Shown one piece after another: positions 37,478-47,941 of a stretch of DNA of 64,000 bases; the first letter of the stretch is position 1; the number at the start of each line of letters is the position of its first letter. This DNA is from Gemmatimonadota bacterium. Lineage in GTDB: Bacteria > Gemmatimonadota > Gemmatimonadetes > Palauibacterales > Palauibacteraceae. Made by a program: the position numbers and the translations under genes. The notes beneath the pieces are model-generated. The model was not told where the DNA came from and did no database searches. It was given only the letters and a program-made list of their open reading frames with translations. The stretch is taken from contig JBDHAC010000012.1 in assembly GCA_039588275.1 (NCBI GenBank), forward strand, positions 1 through 64,000. The letters are read 5' to 3'.

Positions 37478-39049
37478 ATGAGACGATTCAAGCGAAGGCA
37501 CTTGTTTGATGCCGGCCTTCTCGGAGTCTATGCGCTGGGCCTGGGGTGGTTGACTCTAGTCTATCTCAACTACCCTGTCGGCAACGACCTGGACGAAATT
37601 GGCTGGCTCGCCGCAAACCTGAGTACGACCCGCCTCGAATCCTTCGCCAACGAGAACTACCCATTCGGCTTCGTCCTGCTACTACGGTTGACGACGCCTC
37701 TCTTCGGCTCGCTGCTCCGGGCAGCGTTCGCGATTCAAATCTTGGCGATGGTCTGTGTCCTATCGGCGGGATACAGGATCGCGAAAGCCATCTATGAGGA
37801 AGCCGTGGTAGGATTCGCGGCGGCCGTGACTATAGCTGTATTCACATTGCCGTTCGCGACGAGCGAGTTCGCAGACGGTACGGCGACCGCCTTCCTTCTC
37901 TGTGGCATGGCGGCGCTGCTATCGAACAAGAGCACCACACGCGGTTCGTTCTTGTTCGGATTGTCGATCGGGTGCGCGTTCCTGTTCAGGTTCCATTACC
38001 TGATGCTGGTACCAATCGGGATCCTGATGTCGCTTCTTCTGGCACGGCGGGGGATTGAGAAGCTGCAAGCTGTAGCGGTGCTCGTGGGTGGATTCGTCCT
38101 GGCAGCCTTACCGCTGTTGATCATCAATTCAATCGAGCATGGGAACCCCACAAACACCGGGCTGTCCTCCTATGTGATCGGTCATTTCGTAATGCCCTCC
38201 TCACTGGACTGGACCGATTTCCCGGCGACGTATACCCGGTGGCCGGTCGGACGGGTGCTGGCCGAAGGCTCACAGGATTTGATCCGACACGTCACCGTCG
38301 AGGCCTGGTATATTTGGGCGCTACCGGTCGTCAAGTCCGCCACGGTTCTCCTCGTTCCCGCGTTCTGGTACGCGAGGAAACAAGGCGCTTGGCGCGAGCT
38401 CGGCGCGCTCCTTCTCTTCTGTGGCTTCTATACTGCGCTCGTCGTCGTGCCCACGCGCTTCACTACCCGCGCCTTTCACCCGGTTGTCGTGGTCCTGTCG
38501 ATCGTCGTCGCGGCGGGACTTTTTAGCTGTCGAGCGATTCCGAGAGGGAGGCGCTGGTGGATAGCCGCTCCGGTGACTGCGGCGCTCGTCATGCTGAGCC
38601 TCGGTCTCGGACGGCGGTCAGCGGCCAGTCTGGTAAACGGGCCAGCGGAGTTCTGGCGCGATGTGACGGCAAGGCGGGGGGAGATGCTCTACAACCGACA
38701 GATTCTGGCGGTGCTGGGAGAGCATGGCTTCGAAGAATCCACTGACGTGTTCACGAACGATTGGGACGTATTCAACCTGGACGATCCCAAGTTCGACACG
38801 TTCGTCAATTACGGAGGCTGGATCTTGCTCGACTCGAAGTATGCGGCGGAAAGACCGCGACCCACAGCTCGGACAGCGACCGAGTGGAAAGATTACTTCG
38901 TCCACCTCGGCATCAAACTCGTCGTGCTCGACCCGGTTGGGCCGAGCGCGTCGAACATCGCGGACATCATTCGTCAACCGGAAGCGGCTGGGCTGGAGCC
39001 AGTTTATTCGGACAGCGTATACCACATCTACAAACGTGTCGGATCGTAA
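37478..39049 (+). CDS. Polytopic membrane protein, probable GT-C glycosyltransferase (ArnT/PMT-like)
   Basis: ND and YPFG near the N-terminus, about 11 TMs, soluble C-terminal domain; start uncertain (frame open from 37376). Confidence 0.6.
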   Translation: MRRFKRRHLFDAGLLGVYALGLGWLTLVYLNYPVGNDLDEIGWLAANLSTTRLESFANENYPFGFVLLLRLTTPLFGSLLRAAFAIQILAMVCVLSAGYRIAKAIYEEAVVGFAAAVTIAVFTLPFATSEFADGTATAFLLCGMAALLSNKSTTRGSFLFGLSIGCAFLFRFHYLMLVPIGILMSLLLARRGIEKLQAVAVLVGGFVLAALPLLIINSIEHGNPTNTGLSSYVIGHFVMPSSLDWTDFPATYTRWPVGRVLAEGSQDLIRHVTVEAWYIWALPVVKSATVLLVPAFWYARKQGAWRELGALLLFCGFYTALVVVPTRFTTRAFHPVVVVLSIVVAAGLFSCRAIPRGRRWWIAAPVTAALVMLSLGLGRRSAASLVNGPAEFWRDVTARRGEMLYNRQILAVLGEHGFEESTDVFTNDWDVFNLDDPKFDTFVNYGGWILLDSKYAAERPRPTARTATEWKDYFVHLGIKLVVLDPVGPSASNIADIIRQPEAAGLEPVYSDSVYHIYKRVGS

Positions 39050-39164
39050 CTCAGCCGAGCGGCAGCTCGGTTGCGGGATGACGATTAGCGCACCCAATGT
39101 GCGAACACATCCCATAAGGGGAGTTGGCTAGCCCATTGGTGCGGACCGGAGTAACGAGCGGGCG

Positions 39165-39596
39165 GTGTGGTCTCTGCTGAGCACGTGGCTGGGTGGGAGA
39201 GCGCGCAGGCTCTACGCGCAGTTTCTTCGTTATGTGGTTGTTGGCGGGATCGCGTTCGCTGTCGACCTCACTCTTCTGATCCTGCTCACCGAGCTGGCAG
39301 GCATCCACTATCTTGTGTCCGCGGGCATAGCCTTCTGTGCGGGAGTCCTTCTCAACTACGCGCTTTGCATCAAATGGGTGTTCCACTCGCGCACACTCCA
39401 GGATACCCGCGCCGAGTTCGTCGTGTTCTCGCTTGTGGGGGTGGCGGGGCTCGGACTAACGGAATTGATCCTGTACGCCGGTACCGGGAGACTCGGCTTC
39501 GACTACCGTCTTTCGAAGATCGTGGCGGTCGGAATCGTGCTGATCTGGAACTTCAGCGCCCGGAAGTTCCTGCTGTTCCGCGACAGGTCCCCCTGA
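39165..39596 (+). CDS. GtrA family protein (lipid-linked sugar flippase-like)
   Basis: QFLRYVVVGG..VD, NY...WVF, WNF..RK..LF motifs; 4 TMs. Confidence 0.9.
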   Translation: MWSLLSTWLGGRARRLYAQFLRYVVVGGIAFAVDLTLLILLTELAGIHYLVSAGIAFCAGVLLNYALCIKWVFHSRTLQDTRAEFVVFSLVGVAGLGLTELILYAGTGRLGFDYRLSKIVAVGIVLIWNFSARKFLLFRDRSP

Positions 39597-39684
39597 GAGT
39601 CGGAACACGTCGGAGGGCCAAGGACCCGTCGACACGGGGTGTGGGGGAAAACTCCTACGGGTGGCGGCCAGCCGCTCTGCGGGA

Positions 39685-39759
39685 TGCGCCCGACAGGATT
39701 CGAACCTGTGACCTTCGGCTCCGGAGGCCGACGCTCTATCCAGGCTGAGCTACGGGCGC
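39685..39759 (-). tRNA. tRNA-Arg (CCG)
   Basis: GCGCCCG acceptor, TCGGC-CTCCGGA-GCCGA anticodon arm, TTCGAAT T-loop. Confidence 0.97.
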
Positions 39760-39916
39760 CTGGGGGCCACGAAGCTACATGCATCCGTAGACCTCGACAA
39801 CAATCTACACCGCGTCTGCCGCGACGTCCCGCGAGGTCCGCGACGAGCGTGAGCGCGCGCTCGGGTCGCACCATCGCGCCGCGTTCGGCCGCCGCGTCAT
39901 CCCCGCACCTGCGGGC

Positions 39917-39943
39917 TGAGGGGACGCTCCTCCTTCCTTCGTA
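39917..39943 (+). promoter_or_regulatory. Candidate ECF-sigma promoter
   Basis: TGAGG-N18-CGTA; same motif occurs before the paralogous gene at 47296. Confidence 0.5.
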
Positions 39944-40009
39944 GACCCAGTGAGCACAGGCCGCACAGCGATAGCAGCGACGCGGCCCCGTAGTGAAAGG
40001 GGGAGAGCC

Positions 40010-40561
40010 ATGTTGCATCTTCGGCTCAGCCGCACTGGCTCACTCAACAGACACGCTTGGGAGTGGACGCGAGGCCCTCTCTTGAGCTGTCTGGGGCTCA
40101 TGGCCGTCGGGTTGGCGGGCTGTGGCCCCCGTGAGGACCCTCGATGTGAACCAGGTGGGTTATTCGACCCCGCCATCTGTCCACGACCCGAATTCAGGGT
40201 CACCCTGGAAGCCGGTCTGGGTATTGGCCCGGGTGGCTGCTCAGTCGACCTGACCGCGTCGGCGAATGGAGGCGAAGAAGAAACCTACGCCATCTGGGGT
40301 GAAGTGGTGGCGTGGGTCCCTGACCCCGTGACTCAGAAGTTACGCGAGGTACCGCACCCCTTCGGCGAAGGCGCGGACATCTTTGGCACGGATCGCATCC
40401 AGAAGGGTCAGCTGCAATCGGGCGAGATCGACCTGGAGTGCTTCCGCCAGAACGCTGGTGAGGACGTGTGGGTCCAGCTCGAGGTTCGTTACACCGTCGT
40501 GCAACGTGGTGCACCTGCAGCGAGCGACAAGACGTTTCGATTCGAGCTCGAATGCGTGTAG
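40010..40561 (+). CDS. Hypothetical lipoprotein (paralog of 47296..47775)
   Basis: GGGAGAG RBS; LAGC lipobox; shares Cys/Trp pattern with 47296..47775. Confidence 0.75.
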   Translation: MLHLRLSRTGSLNRHAWEWTRGPLLSCLGLMAVGLAGCGPREDPRCEPGGLFDPAICPRPEFRVTLEAGLGIGPGGCSVDLTASANGGEEETYAIWGEVVAWVPDPVTQKLREVPHPFGEGADIFGTDRIQKGQLQSGEIDLECFRQNAGEDVWVQLEVRYTVVQRGAPAASDKTFRFELECV

Positions 40562-40730
40562 GCTGGGCCAGTCAGCGCCGCCTCAGAAAGCAGTTGCCGA
40601 CCAGTCCCGGCGACGAAGCAAGAGGGTGCAAGGGCCCCGCCCCGGTGGTGGCCCACTCGCCTTGGGACGACGCATGTTGGCGAGCCCGACAGCGACGCTC
40701 TTTGACGCTCTCTGCTGCACGTTCGGGCTG

Positions 40731-43604
40731 CTACGATGTCCTGCTGGCCGTCGGGGATTCGCGTTCGAGCAGTGCCTGGAAGCGCGGGTGGTCACGGAGG
40801 GGATCCCACGTTGGATCGATGCGCAGGAGCGCGACTGACATCTCACTCGGAATAGAGAGTAGGCGGTCGAGTCGGTCGATGGCAGCATCGTACTCGCCCA
40901 CCATGGTGTAAACGCGGGCCAGTTCTTCCAGCCGCCACGTCCCCTTCCATGCTTCCTGCTCGACGGGCTGGAGCTCGACTCCCAATTCGGCTTCCCGGAC
41001 CGCGTCCTCCCGCCAATGTAGACCTGCAAGGGCTATCCCGAGCGCACCGTGGAGTCGTGGATCGTCGGGCCAATCCCGCAGTCGGGATTCGAGAAGCGTC
41101 GCTGACGAATCGTAGTATGCGAGTGCGCGGTCGGGTTGCCCCATGAGCTCATACAGCTGTGCGTATAACAGAGCCTTGGGAATGAAGTAGAACTGGCTTT
41201 CATATGTTTCGAATGGAGAAGCATCCAGAATGTCGCGCGCATCCGGGTATCTGCGCTCGAAGAACGCGGTGAATGGATGCTTCATCTCTACCTCTTCCGG
41301 CACATCAAACTGGCCGGCCCTGGAGTAGGCTGTGTCCAGGACCGCAGCCGCGGCCCGCGTATCCCCGCGCCACAACAAGTAGAGCTCCGCCTTCGAGGTA
41401 TAGGCCTGCCTATACTCCGGGTAAAGTCGGATAGCTTGATTCACATAGCGTTCCGCCTCCGGGTAATCGCGAAGAAGCATGTGGGTCATGCCGACCACGT
41501 ACGCTCGCAGCGGGGAAGACGGATCCATCGATAGGGCTTGTTCAAGATTGTCGACAGCTTCGTCCCACCTGCCCAGGCGTCGCTGAACAGCGCCAATCCA
41601 CCCGCGAACAGTTGCGGCATTTGGCAGGCTTTCGAGGGCCAGCGTGAGCTGCTCGAGCGCGCGGTCGAAATCCGCCAAACACCGGTAGTAGTAGACTCCC
41701 AGAGCACGGTGAGCTTCGCCGAGGCCCGGCTGGAGTTCTAACGCCGTCCGGGCCGCCCGTTCTGCTCGCACGAGTCGCTCGGGCGAGCGGTCCCATTCAT
41801 AAAAGTACATGCCCGAGTGATACTCGGAGAGCATTGCCCATGCCTCGGCAAACTCCGGGTCAAGCTCTACGGCCCGTTCGAGGAGGGGCAACAGCTCGCG
41901 ATGGGCCTCCTCATCTTCGCGCCGCGCGTCAGGATCTGCTGCGCGGAGATAGTGGCCATATGCCTCCAGGTTGTCCGTAGGCTGACGTTCGATTTCCGCC
42001 AGGACAGCGGGTCTCAAGGTGGCTTGCAGTGCCTCGGCAATCCGCTGCGCGATGTCGCCTTGAATCTCGAATACGTCCGTCACCTCGCGATCGTACTGAT
42101 CGGCCCACATTTGAGTGTCTGTGTCCGCACGGATTAGCCGAGCATTGACCCGGACGCGGTCGCCGATTCGGAGCACGTCTCCTTCCATGATCGTGGCGAC
42201 GGCCAACTCCTCTGCGATCTGCTGGAGGGACTTCTCGGTATCTCCGTACTGCTTGACCGATGTGTGTGAGATCACCCTCAGGTCGCCTACTCTGACAAGG
42301 TGGTTGATGATCTCGCTCGTTACCCCGGCGCTAAAGAACTCGTTACCCGGATCCTCACTCAAGCTGGTGAACGGCAAGACACCGACCGACCTATCCTCGA
42401 TGGGCGGGATCGCCCCACCGGATTGAGTTGCGACCCACCAGGTGACCGTGGTCGCGGCCAGCAAGGCAGCAAGCGCCGCCAGCGCCGGCCTGGACCGTAG
42501 GCGAGCCCACCCCGTCGGCTTTGCGAAGACACTCTTCGGCATCTTGTCTCGCCCGCCATCTGCGCCAAGATCCTCGGCGGTCGCAGGGCGGCCTTCGGGG
42601 TTCTTCGAGAGCAATTGGCCGACGACAGCCTCCAGTTCGGCGGGGATCTCGGGACGTAGCGCGGACGGCGACTGCGGATCCTCATGTAGGATCGCATGAA
42701 TCACGGCGTCAGTGCGCTCGCCTTTGAACGGGCGCTCGCCGGCCAGCATCTCGTACAGGACCACCCCCAGCGACCAGAGGTCCGTGCGGGGGTCCACCGC
42801 CTCACCCTCGGCCTGCTCGGGGGACATGTACGCGACGGTGCCGAGCGTCGTGCCTGTCCCGGTCAAGGTCACGTCGGTCAGCTTCGCCAGGCCGAAGTCG
42901 AGCACCTTGGCCACACCCTCCGGCGTCACGATCACGTTACCCGGCTTGATGTCGCGGTGGATGATGTCGTGCTCGTGCGCAGCGCCCAGGCCCGCAGCGA
43001 TCTGCTGCGCGTAGTCCCACGCCTCCTCGATCGGGAGCGGGCCGCGCTCGAGCTTCTGCTTGAGCGTCTCTCCCTCGTAGAAGGCCATCGCGATGAACAG
43101 CCGCCCGTCCTCGTCCTCCCCGATTTCGTGAACGACACACACGTTCGGGTGGTCCAGCGCGCCAGCGGCTCGGGCCTCGACCAGGAAGCGTTCTATCGCA
43201 GCGTCGTCCGAGCGTAGGTGGGGTGGGAGAAACTTGAGCGCCACCGTTCGGTCGAGGCCGGTGTCGTGCGCCCGGTACACGACCCCCATCCCGCCACTCC
43301 CGAGCTTCTCCTCGATCCGGTAGTGCCGGACCGTACGGCCGATGAGAAGGTCGCGGCCCGACGGTTCAGTCATCTCCACCAAAGGTCCGTCGTCGGACCA
43401 GGGCGCGATCGATAGGACGGCGTCGGCGAGGCTGTCGAAGAACCCCTCCGATTCCTTCGCGGCGGCCAGGAGGGACTGGAGCTCTGCCCGCACCTCAGGG
43501 TCGTCCGGGCAACCGTCCACGAGGAAGGCTTCCTGCTCCTCGGGGGGAAGGACGCGTGCACGCTCGAACAGGTGTTCCAGCGACTTTGAGCGGGTCTTGC
43601 CCAT
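40731..43604 (-). CDS. Ser/Thr protein kinase with TM, TolB-like/adenylate-cyclase-associated domain and TPRs
   Basis: [37 protein letters not shown]; TPRs. Confidence 0.95.
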   Translation of the reverse strand: MGKTRSKSLEHLFERARVLPPEEQEAFLVDGCPDDPEVRAELQSLLAAAKESEGFFDSLADAVLSIAPWSDDGPLVEMTEPSGRDLLIGRTVRHYRIEEKLGSGGMGVVYRAHDTGLDRTVALKFLPPHLRSDDAAIERFLVEARAAGALDHPNVCVVHEIGEDEDGRLFIAMAFYEGETLKQKLERGPLPIEEAWDYAQQIAAGLGAAHEHDIIHRDIKPGNVIVTPEGVAKVLDFGLAKLTDVTLTGTGTTLGTVAYMSPEQAEGEAVDPRTDLWSLGVVLYEMLAGERPFKGERTDAVIHAILHEDPQSPSALRPEIPAELEAVVGQLLSKNPEGRPATAEDLGADGGRDKMPKSVFAKPTGWARLRSRPALAALAALLAATTVTWWVATQSGGAIPPIEDRSVGVLPFTSLSEDPGNEFFSAGVTSEIINHLVRVGDLRVISHTSVKQYGDTEKSLQQIAEELAVATIMEGDVLRIGDRVRVNARLIRADTDTQMWADQYDREVTDVFEIQGDIAQRIAEALQATLRPAVLAEIERQPTDNLEAYGHYLRAADPDARREDEEAHRELLPLLERAVELDPEFAEAWAMLSEYHSGMYFYEWDRSPERLVRAERAARTALELQPGLGEAHRALGVYYYRCLADFDRALEQLTLALESLPNAATVRGWIGAVQRRLGRWDEAVDNLEQALSMDPSSPLRAYVVGMTHMLLRDYPEAERYVNQAIRLYPEYRQAYTSKAELYLLWRGDTRAAAAVLDTAYSRAGQFDVPEEVEMKHPFTAFFERRYPDARDILDASPFETYESQFYFIPKALLYAQLYELMGQPDRALAYYDSSATLLESRLRDWPDDPRLHGALGIALAGLHWREDAVREAELGVELQPVEQEAWKGTWRLEELARVYTMVGEYDAAIDRLDRLLSIPSEMSVALLRIDPTWDPLRDHPRFQALLERESPTASRTS

Positions 43605-43608
43605 GGCC

Positions 43609-46491
43609 CTACTCCGCCGGCGCGTACCGTTCGAGGAGCGCCTGGAAGTCCGGGTGGTCACGTAGAGGGTCCCAGGTGGGGTCGAGGCGAAGGAGCGGCA
43701 CTGAAATCTCCGCCGGGTGGGATAGCAGATAATCCAAGCGGTCTGTGGCGGCGTCGTACTCGCCCACCGTAGCGTAAACGCGCGCGAGGTCGTCGACGCG
43801 CTGTAACCACTTTAGCGCGTCCGACTCCACGGGTTGGAGCTCTACACCCAACTCCGCTTCCCGGACCGCCTCATCACGTCGACCCAAGCCGGCGTAGGCG
43901 GTCCCGAGGGCGCTGTGAAGTCGCGGATCGTCGGGCGCTTCGCGCAAGGCGGTTTCGATCATGACCCGGGCAGAATCGAAGTACGCGACTGCTAGGTCTG
44001 GCTGCCCCATGAGCCCATACAGTTGCGCGAACAGCTGGGCCTTGGGAACGACAAAGAACTGGTTTTCGTACCGGTCGACTTGCGAGGTGTTCAGGAAGCT
44101 CAGAGCGTCCCAGTATCTCCGCTCAAGCAGCAGCACCCACCAACGGAGGTACCCCCCTTCTCCCTCCAGCGCGTCGCCCAATCCGGGCCTCGAGTACAGT
44201 GTGTCCAGCGCCGCACCCGCCGCCTGCGTATCTCCACGCCAAAGAACGTAGACCCTGGTTTTTTGCCAGTAGCTGTAGGGATCATCGGGGTTGAGCCGCA
44301 GCGCTTGATCAAGGTTGCGATTAGCTTCCGGGTAGTTTCGAACAAGCGATTGGGTCAGGGCGAGTTGGAAAGGATACTGAGACGTGCCGGGGTTCAGTTC
44401 CACCGCACGCTCGTAGCTCGCCAAGGACTCGCTCCACCGGGCTTGGCGTCGATATACCGCAGCAATGCCCAGGTGCAGCATGGCATCGCCGGGTATCCGA
44501 GTCACAGCGGTGCCGAAGTGCTCCAAAGCACTCTCGTAGTCACCCAGGCCCCAGTAGTAGTAGAATCCGAGAGCCCGATGAGCCTGCCCGAGGTCGGGCT
44601 GCAACCGCACCGCTTCGCGAGCAGTGCTTTCGGCTCGCGCAAGACGCTCAGGTGATCGATCCCAGTAGTACAGGTACATCCGCGAGTGATGCTCGGAGAG
44701 CAGTGCCCATGCGTCCGCGAACTCCGGGTCGAGCTCTATGGCCCGCTCAAGCAGAGCCAGTGACTCGCGATTGGGTGCTTCCAGCTGACCGCTTTCGTCG
44801 TAATCAGCTGCTCGGAGGTAGTAGCCGTACGCTTCGAGATTGTCGGTGGGCCGTCGTTCGATCTCCTCCAGAACGGCGGGGCTCAGCGTGGCGCGCAACG
44901 CGGCGGCGATTCGCTGCGCAATCTCGCTCTGAATCTCGAACACATCCGTTACCCGCGCTTCATACTGATCGGCCCACAACTGCCTGTCCGTGCCTGCACG
45001 GATTAACTGAGCGTTGACGCGCACGCGGTCGCCGATCTGGAGCACGTCCCCTTCCACGATGGTCGCGACACCCAACTCCTGCGCGATCTGCTGGAGGGGC
45101 TTCTCGGTGTCCGTGTACTGCTTGACCGAGGTCCGTGAGATCACCGTGAGGTCGCCCACCCTGGCAAGGTGGTTGATGATCTCACTCGTCACTCCGGCGC
45201 TGAAGAAGTCGTTTCCCGGTTCTTCGCCGAGGCTGACGAATGGCAACACGGCTACTGATTTATCCTCAACGGGGGGGATCGCTCCGCCAGTCTGAGTGGT
45301 CACCCACCAGGTGGCCATCGCCGCCACGATCAAGCTCCCCAGCCCCACCACACCGCGCCATGAGCGCAGGCGCGACCATCGGCTCACCGTCGCGGTTTCG
45401 GCTGAGGCCTCGGCCCCTGCAGTCACGTGGCAGTCCAGAATCTCCGAATTCGCGGGACGTCGTCTGGGGTCCTTGGCAAGCAGCCGACCCAAGATTGCCT
45501 CGAGCTCGGGCGGGATCTCGTCGCGCAGCGCGGACGGCCGCATCGGTTGCTCATGCAGGATCGAGTGGACCACCACCGCTGTCGGTCGGCCCTTGAACGG
45601 CAGCTGCCCCGTCAGCATCTCGTACAGCACGACGCCCAGCGACCAGAGGTCCGCACGCTGATCGAGAGACTCGCCGCGCACGTGCTCGGGCGACATGTAG
45701 CCGATGGTGCCCAGTCTGACGCCGGTCCCGGTCAACGAGACGTCCGCCAGCTTGGCCAGACCGAAATCGAGCACCTTGGCCGTACCGTCGGGTGTCACGA
45801 TCACGTTGCCCGGCTTGATGTCGCGGTGGATGATCCCGTGCTCGTGCGCCGCGTCGAGGCCGGCGCCGATCTGGCACGCGTAGTCCAAGGCTTCATCGAT
45901 CGGGAGCGGACCGCGCTCGATCTTCTGTTTCAGCGTCTCGCCCTCGTAGTACGCCATGGCGATGAAACGCTCGCCCTTCTCGCTCTCTCCGATCTCATGG
46001 ACGTTGCACACGTTCGGGTGATCGAGGGAGGCCGCGGCCCGGGCCTCCACGAGGAATCGCTCGGTAGCCGAGTCGTCCGCGCTCAGGTAGGGCGGGAGGA
46101 ACTTGAGGGCGACGGTGCGATCGAGGCTCGTGTCGTACGCCCGGTAGACGACCCCCATGCCGCCTCGGCCCAGCTTTTCGTGTATTACGTACTGGCGTAC
46201 CGAAGAGCCGATCAGAGGATCGGGCTCGTCGTCTGCCTGTATGTCATCCGCCTGCCACGCGGCGTCGAGAGCTTGGTCACCCGGCCAGGGCGGGAGCGAG
46301 AGGGCCGCGTTGGCGAGGCTGGCGAAGAACGGGTCAGCATCATCTGCCGCCGCCAGCAGAGATGCGAGCTCCGCCTGTACCTCGGGGTTGTCGGAGCAGG
46401 CCTCGTCGAGAAAGGCATCCCGCTCCGCGACGGGTAGCGCGATCGCGCGCTCGAACAGTCGCTTCAGCGATTTGGCGTCGGCTTCATCCAT
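43609..46491 (-). CDS. Ser/Thr protein kinase with TM, TolB-like domain and TPRs (tandem paralog)
   Basis: [37 protein letters not shown]; TPRs. Confidence 0.95.
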   Translation of the reverse strand: MDEADAKSLKRLFERAIALPVAERDAFLDEACSDNPEVQAELASLLAAADDADPFFASLANAALSLPPWPGDQALDAAWQADDIQADDEPDPLIGSSVRQYVIHEKLGRGGMGVVYRAYDTSLDRTVALKFLPPYLSADDSATERFLVEARAAASLDHPNVCNVHEIGESEKGERFIAMAYYEGETLKQKIERGPLPIDEALDYACQIGAGLDAAHEHGIIHRDIKPGNVIVTPDGTAKVLDFGLAKLADVSLTGTGVRLGTIGYMSPEHVRGESLDQRADLWSLGVVLYEMLTGQLPFKGRPTAVVVHSILHEQPMRPSALRDEIPPELEAILGRLLAKDPRRRPANSEILDCHVTAGAEASAETATVSRWSRLRSWRGVVGLGSLIVAAMATWWVTTQTGGAIPPVEDKSVAVLPFVSLGEEPGNDFFSAGVTSEIINHLARVGDLTVISRTSVKQYTDTEKPLQQIAQELGVATIVEGDVLQIGDRVRVNAQLIRAGTDRQLWADQYEARVTDVFEIQSEIAQRIAAALRATLSPAVLEEIERRPTDNLEAYGYYLRAADYDESGQLEAPNRESLALLERAIELDPEFADAWALLSEHHSRMYLYYWDRSPERLARAESTAREAVRLQPDLGQAHRALGFYYYWGLGDYESALEHFGTAVTRIPGDAMLHLGIAAVYRRQARWSESLASYERAVELNPGTSQYPFQLALTQSLVRNYPEANRNLDQALRLNPDDPYSYWQKTRVYVLWRGDTQAAGAALDTLYSRPGLGDALEGEGGYLRWWVLLLERRYWDALSFLNTSQVDRYENQFFVVPKAQLFAQLYGLMGQPDLAVAYFDSARVMIETALREAPDDPRLHSALGTAYAGLGRRDEAVREAELGVELQPVESDALKWLQRVDDLARVYATVGEYDAATDRLDYLLSHPAEISVPLLRLDPTWDPLRDHPDFQALLERYAPAE

Positions 46492-47129
46492 AGCTCCACG
46501 CCGCCTTTGTCGGCGAGCGACTCTCGGATGTCCCGGTACAACCACGCCTTCGCCATCGCCCAGTCGCGCTCGACGGTCACCGTCGCCACCCCGATCGCGG
46601 CGGCGGTCTCCTCGATCGTCATGCCCCCGAAGAAGCGGCACTCGACGATCCGGCTCTGACGCGCGTCCCGTCCTTTGAGCCTCTCCAGCGACGCGTCCAG
46701 CGCGATCAACGCTGCGGCCTGGGCCACAGCGGGGTCGTGCTCGGGGGCCGCGTGGGGATCGGCGATCTCGAGGTCATCCAGACTCATTCGTACCCGTTCG
46801 CCGCCGCGCTTCTGCGTGTGCTTCGCGCGGGCGTAGTCTATCAGGATCTGACGCATTGCCCTGGCGGCGATGGATCGGAAATGGGCCCGGCTCTCCCAAT
46901 CCAGTTGGGCCCGGCCGGCGAGCTTCAGGTAGGCTTCGTGCGTGAGCGCGGTGGTGTCGAGCGTTTCGTCGCCGTGCCACACATCGCGTTGAGCATGAGC
47001 GAGTCCCTTCAGCTCCTCGTAGACGAGCGGAACGAGCTCATCAAAGGCCGAGTGGTTTCCCTCCCGAACCTCGGCGAGGAGCCGTGTCACGGTGCTGGCC
47101 CGTGAGTCGTTCAGGCCGGACTTCGCCAT
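46464..47129 (-). CDS. ECF sigma factor, TIGR02999-type (kinase-associated)
   Basis: VTRLL, LVPLVYEEL, TLDTTALTHEAYLKL, MRQILIDYAR, KRGG, RFFGG, TVERDW..AKAWL. Confidence 0.92.
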   Translation of the reverse strand: MAKSGLNDSRASTVTRLLAEVREGNHSAFDELVPLVYEELKGLAHAQRDVWHGDETLDTTALTHEAYLKLAGRAQLDWESRAHFRSIAARAMRQILIDYARAKHTQKRGGERVRMSLDDLEIADPHAAPEHDPAVAQAAALIALDASLERLKGRDARQSRIVECRFFGGMTIEETAAAIGVATVTVERDWAMAKAWLYRDIRESLADKGGVELWMKPTPNR

Positions 47130-47180
47130 GACCGGTCTCGCTGGCTGCGCTTGTAACGAGGTGGAAACGTAACGTCTTGA

Positions 47181-47208
47181 TGAGGCAGTCGCAGTCCCTT
47201 TTCTCGTA
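47181..47208 (+). promoter_or_regulatory. Candidate ECF-sigma promoter
   Basis: TGAGG-N19-CGTA, divergent from the ECF gene. Confidence 0.5.
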
Positions 47209-47295
47209 ACTCCGATGGACAGGGACTGTACAGCCCCACAAGGGCTAATGCAGTCGACGAGGGCCATGCGGCCGCGCTGTCATGGGGAGGCAGCC

Positions 47296-47775
47296 ATGAG
47301 CAAGAGCCTCGGTGCGCTTTCGGTCGGTCTCGTCCTCACGGCCTTTGCGCTGGGCGGGTGCGAATCACCCATCGAGCCACCGCCGCTCCCTCCACCGGAG
47401 CCCGAGCTCACGGAAGCCTTCACACTCCAGTTTGGCCTGAAGAACCCACCCGCAGGCGGAGACTGCATCGTCACGCTGACCGCAGCAGCGAAGGGCGGAG
47501 ACCGCGAGGCGTACGCCGAGTGGGGTGTTCTCGAGGCTCAGTACCTGAACTCGAAGACCAGCGAGTGGGAGGATGTCCGCCCGCAGGAACTGCACGAGGT
47601 CTTCCTGGGTGAGCGTATCATGTCCGGAGAGACCCAGACGGCGACCCTGAATCTCGAGTGCTACCGGCGAGAGGTCGGCGAACAGGTGACTGCAAGGCTT
47701 CGTCTCCACTGGGTGGCGAACGACGACGGCGAGGAGATCGACCGGAGCGACATGCTGATCGCCGAGTGCCACTGA
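47296..47775 (+). CDS. Hypothetical lipoprotein (paralog of 40010..40561)
   Basis: GGGGAGG RBS; LGGC lipobox; Pro-rich linker. Confidence 0.8.
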   Translation: MSKSLGALSVGLVLTAFALGGCESPIEPPPLPPPEPELTEAFTLQFGLKNPPAGGDCIVTLTAAAKGGDREAYAEWGVLEAQYLNSKTSEWEDVRPQELHEVFLGERIMSGETQTATLNLECYRREVGEQVTARLRLHWVANDDGEEIDRSDMLIAECH

Positions 47776-47941
47776 GTCCGTCCTGAGCTCCCAGCCCGCG
47801 GGCTACCGGACGCCGACAGCCCTTCCTTCGACGCCTCTCACGGCCGCGCCACTACCCTCTTGCTCACGACCTCCGGTCCGCGCAGGCTCATCCTATCTAA
47901 CAGCGTAGTGGCAAGGACGCATATGGCCCCGGAGAAGTACG

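Noticed and set aside
37272..39684. Formal genomic island at tRNA-Arg(CCG)
   Set aside because: No duplicated tRNA 3' end or integrase found; only a compositional hint
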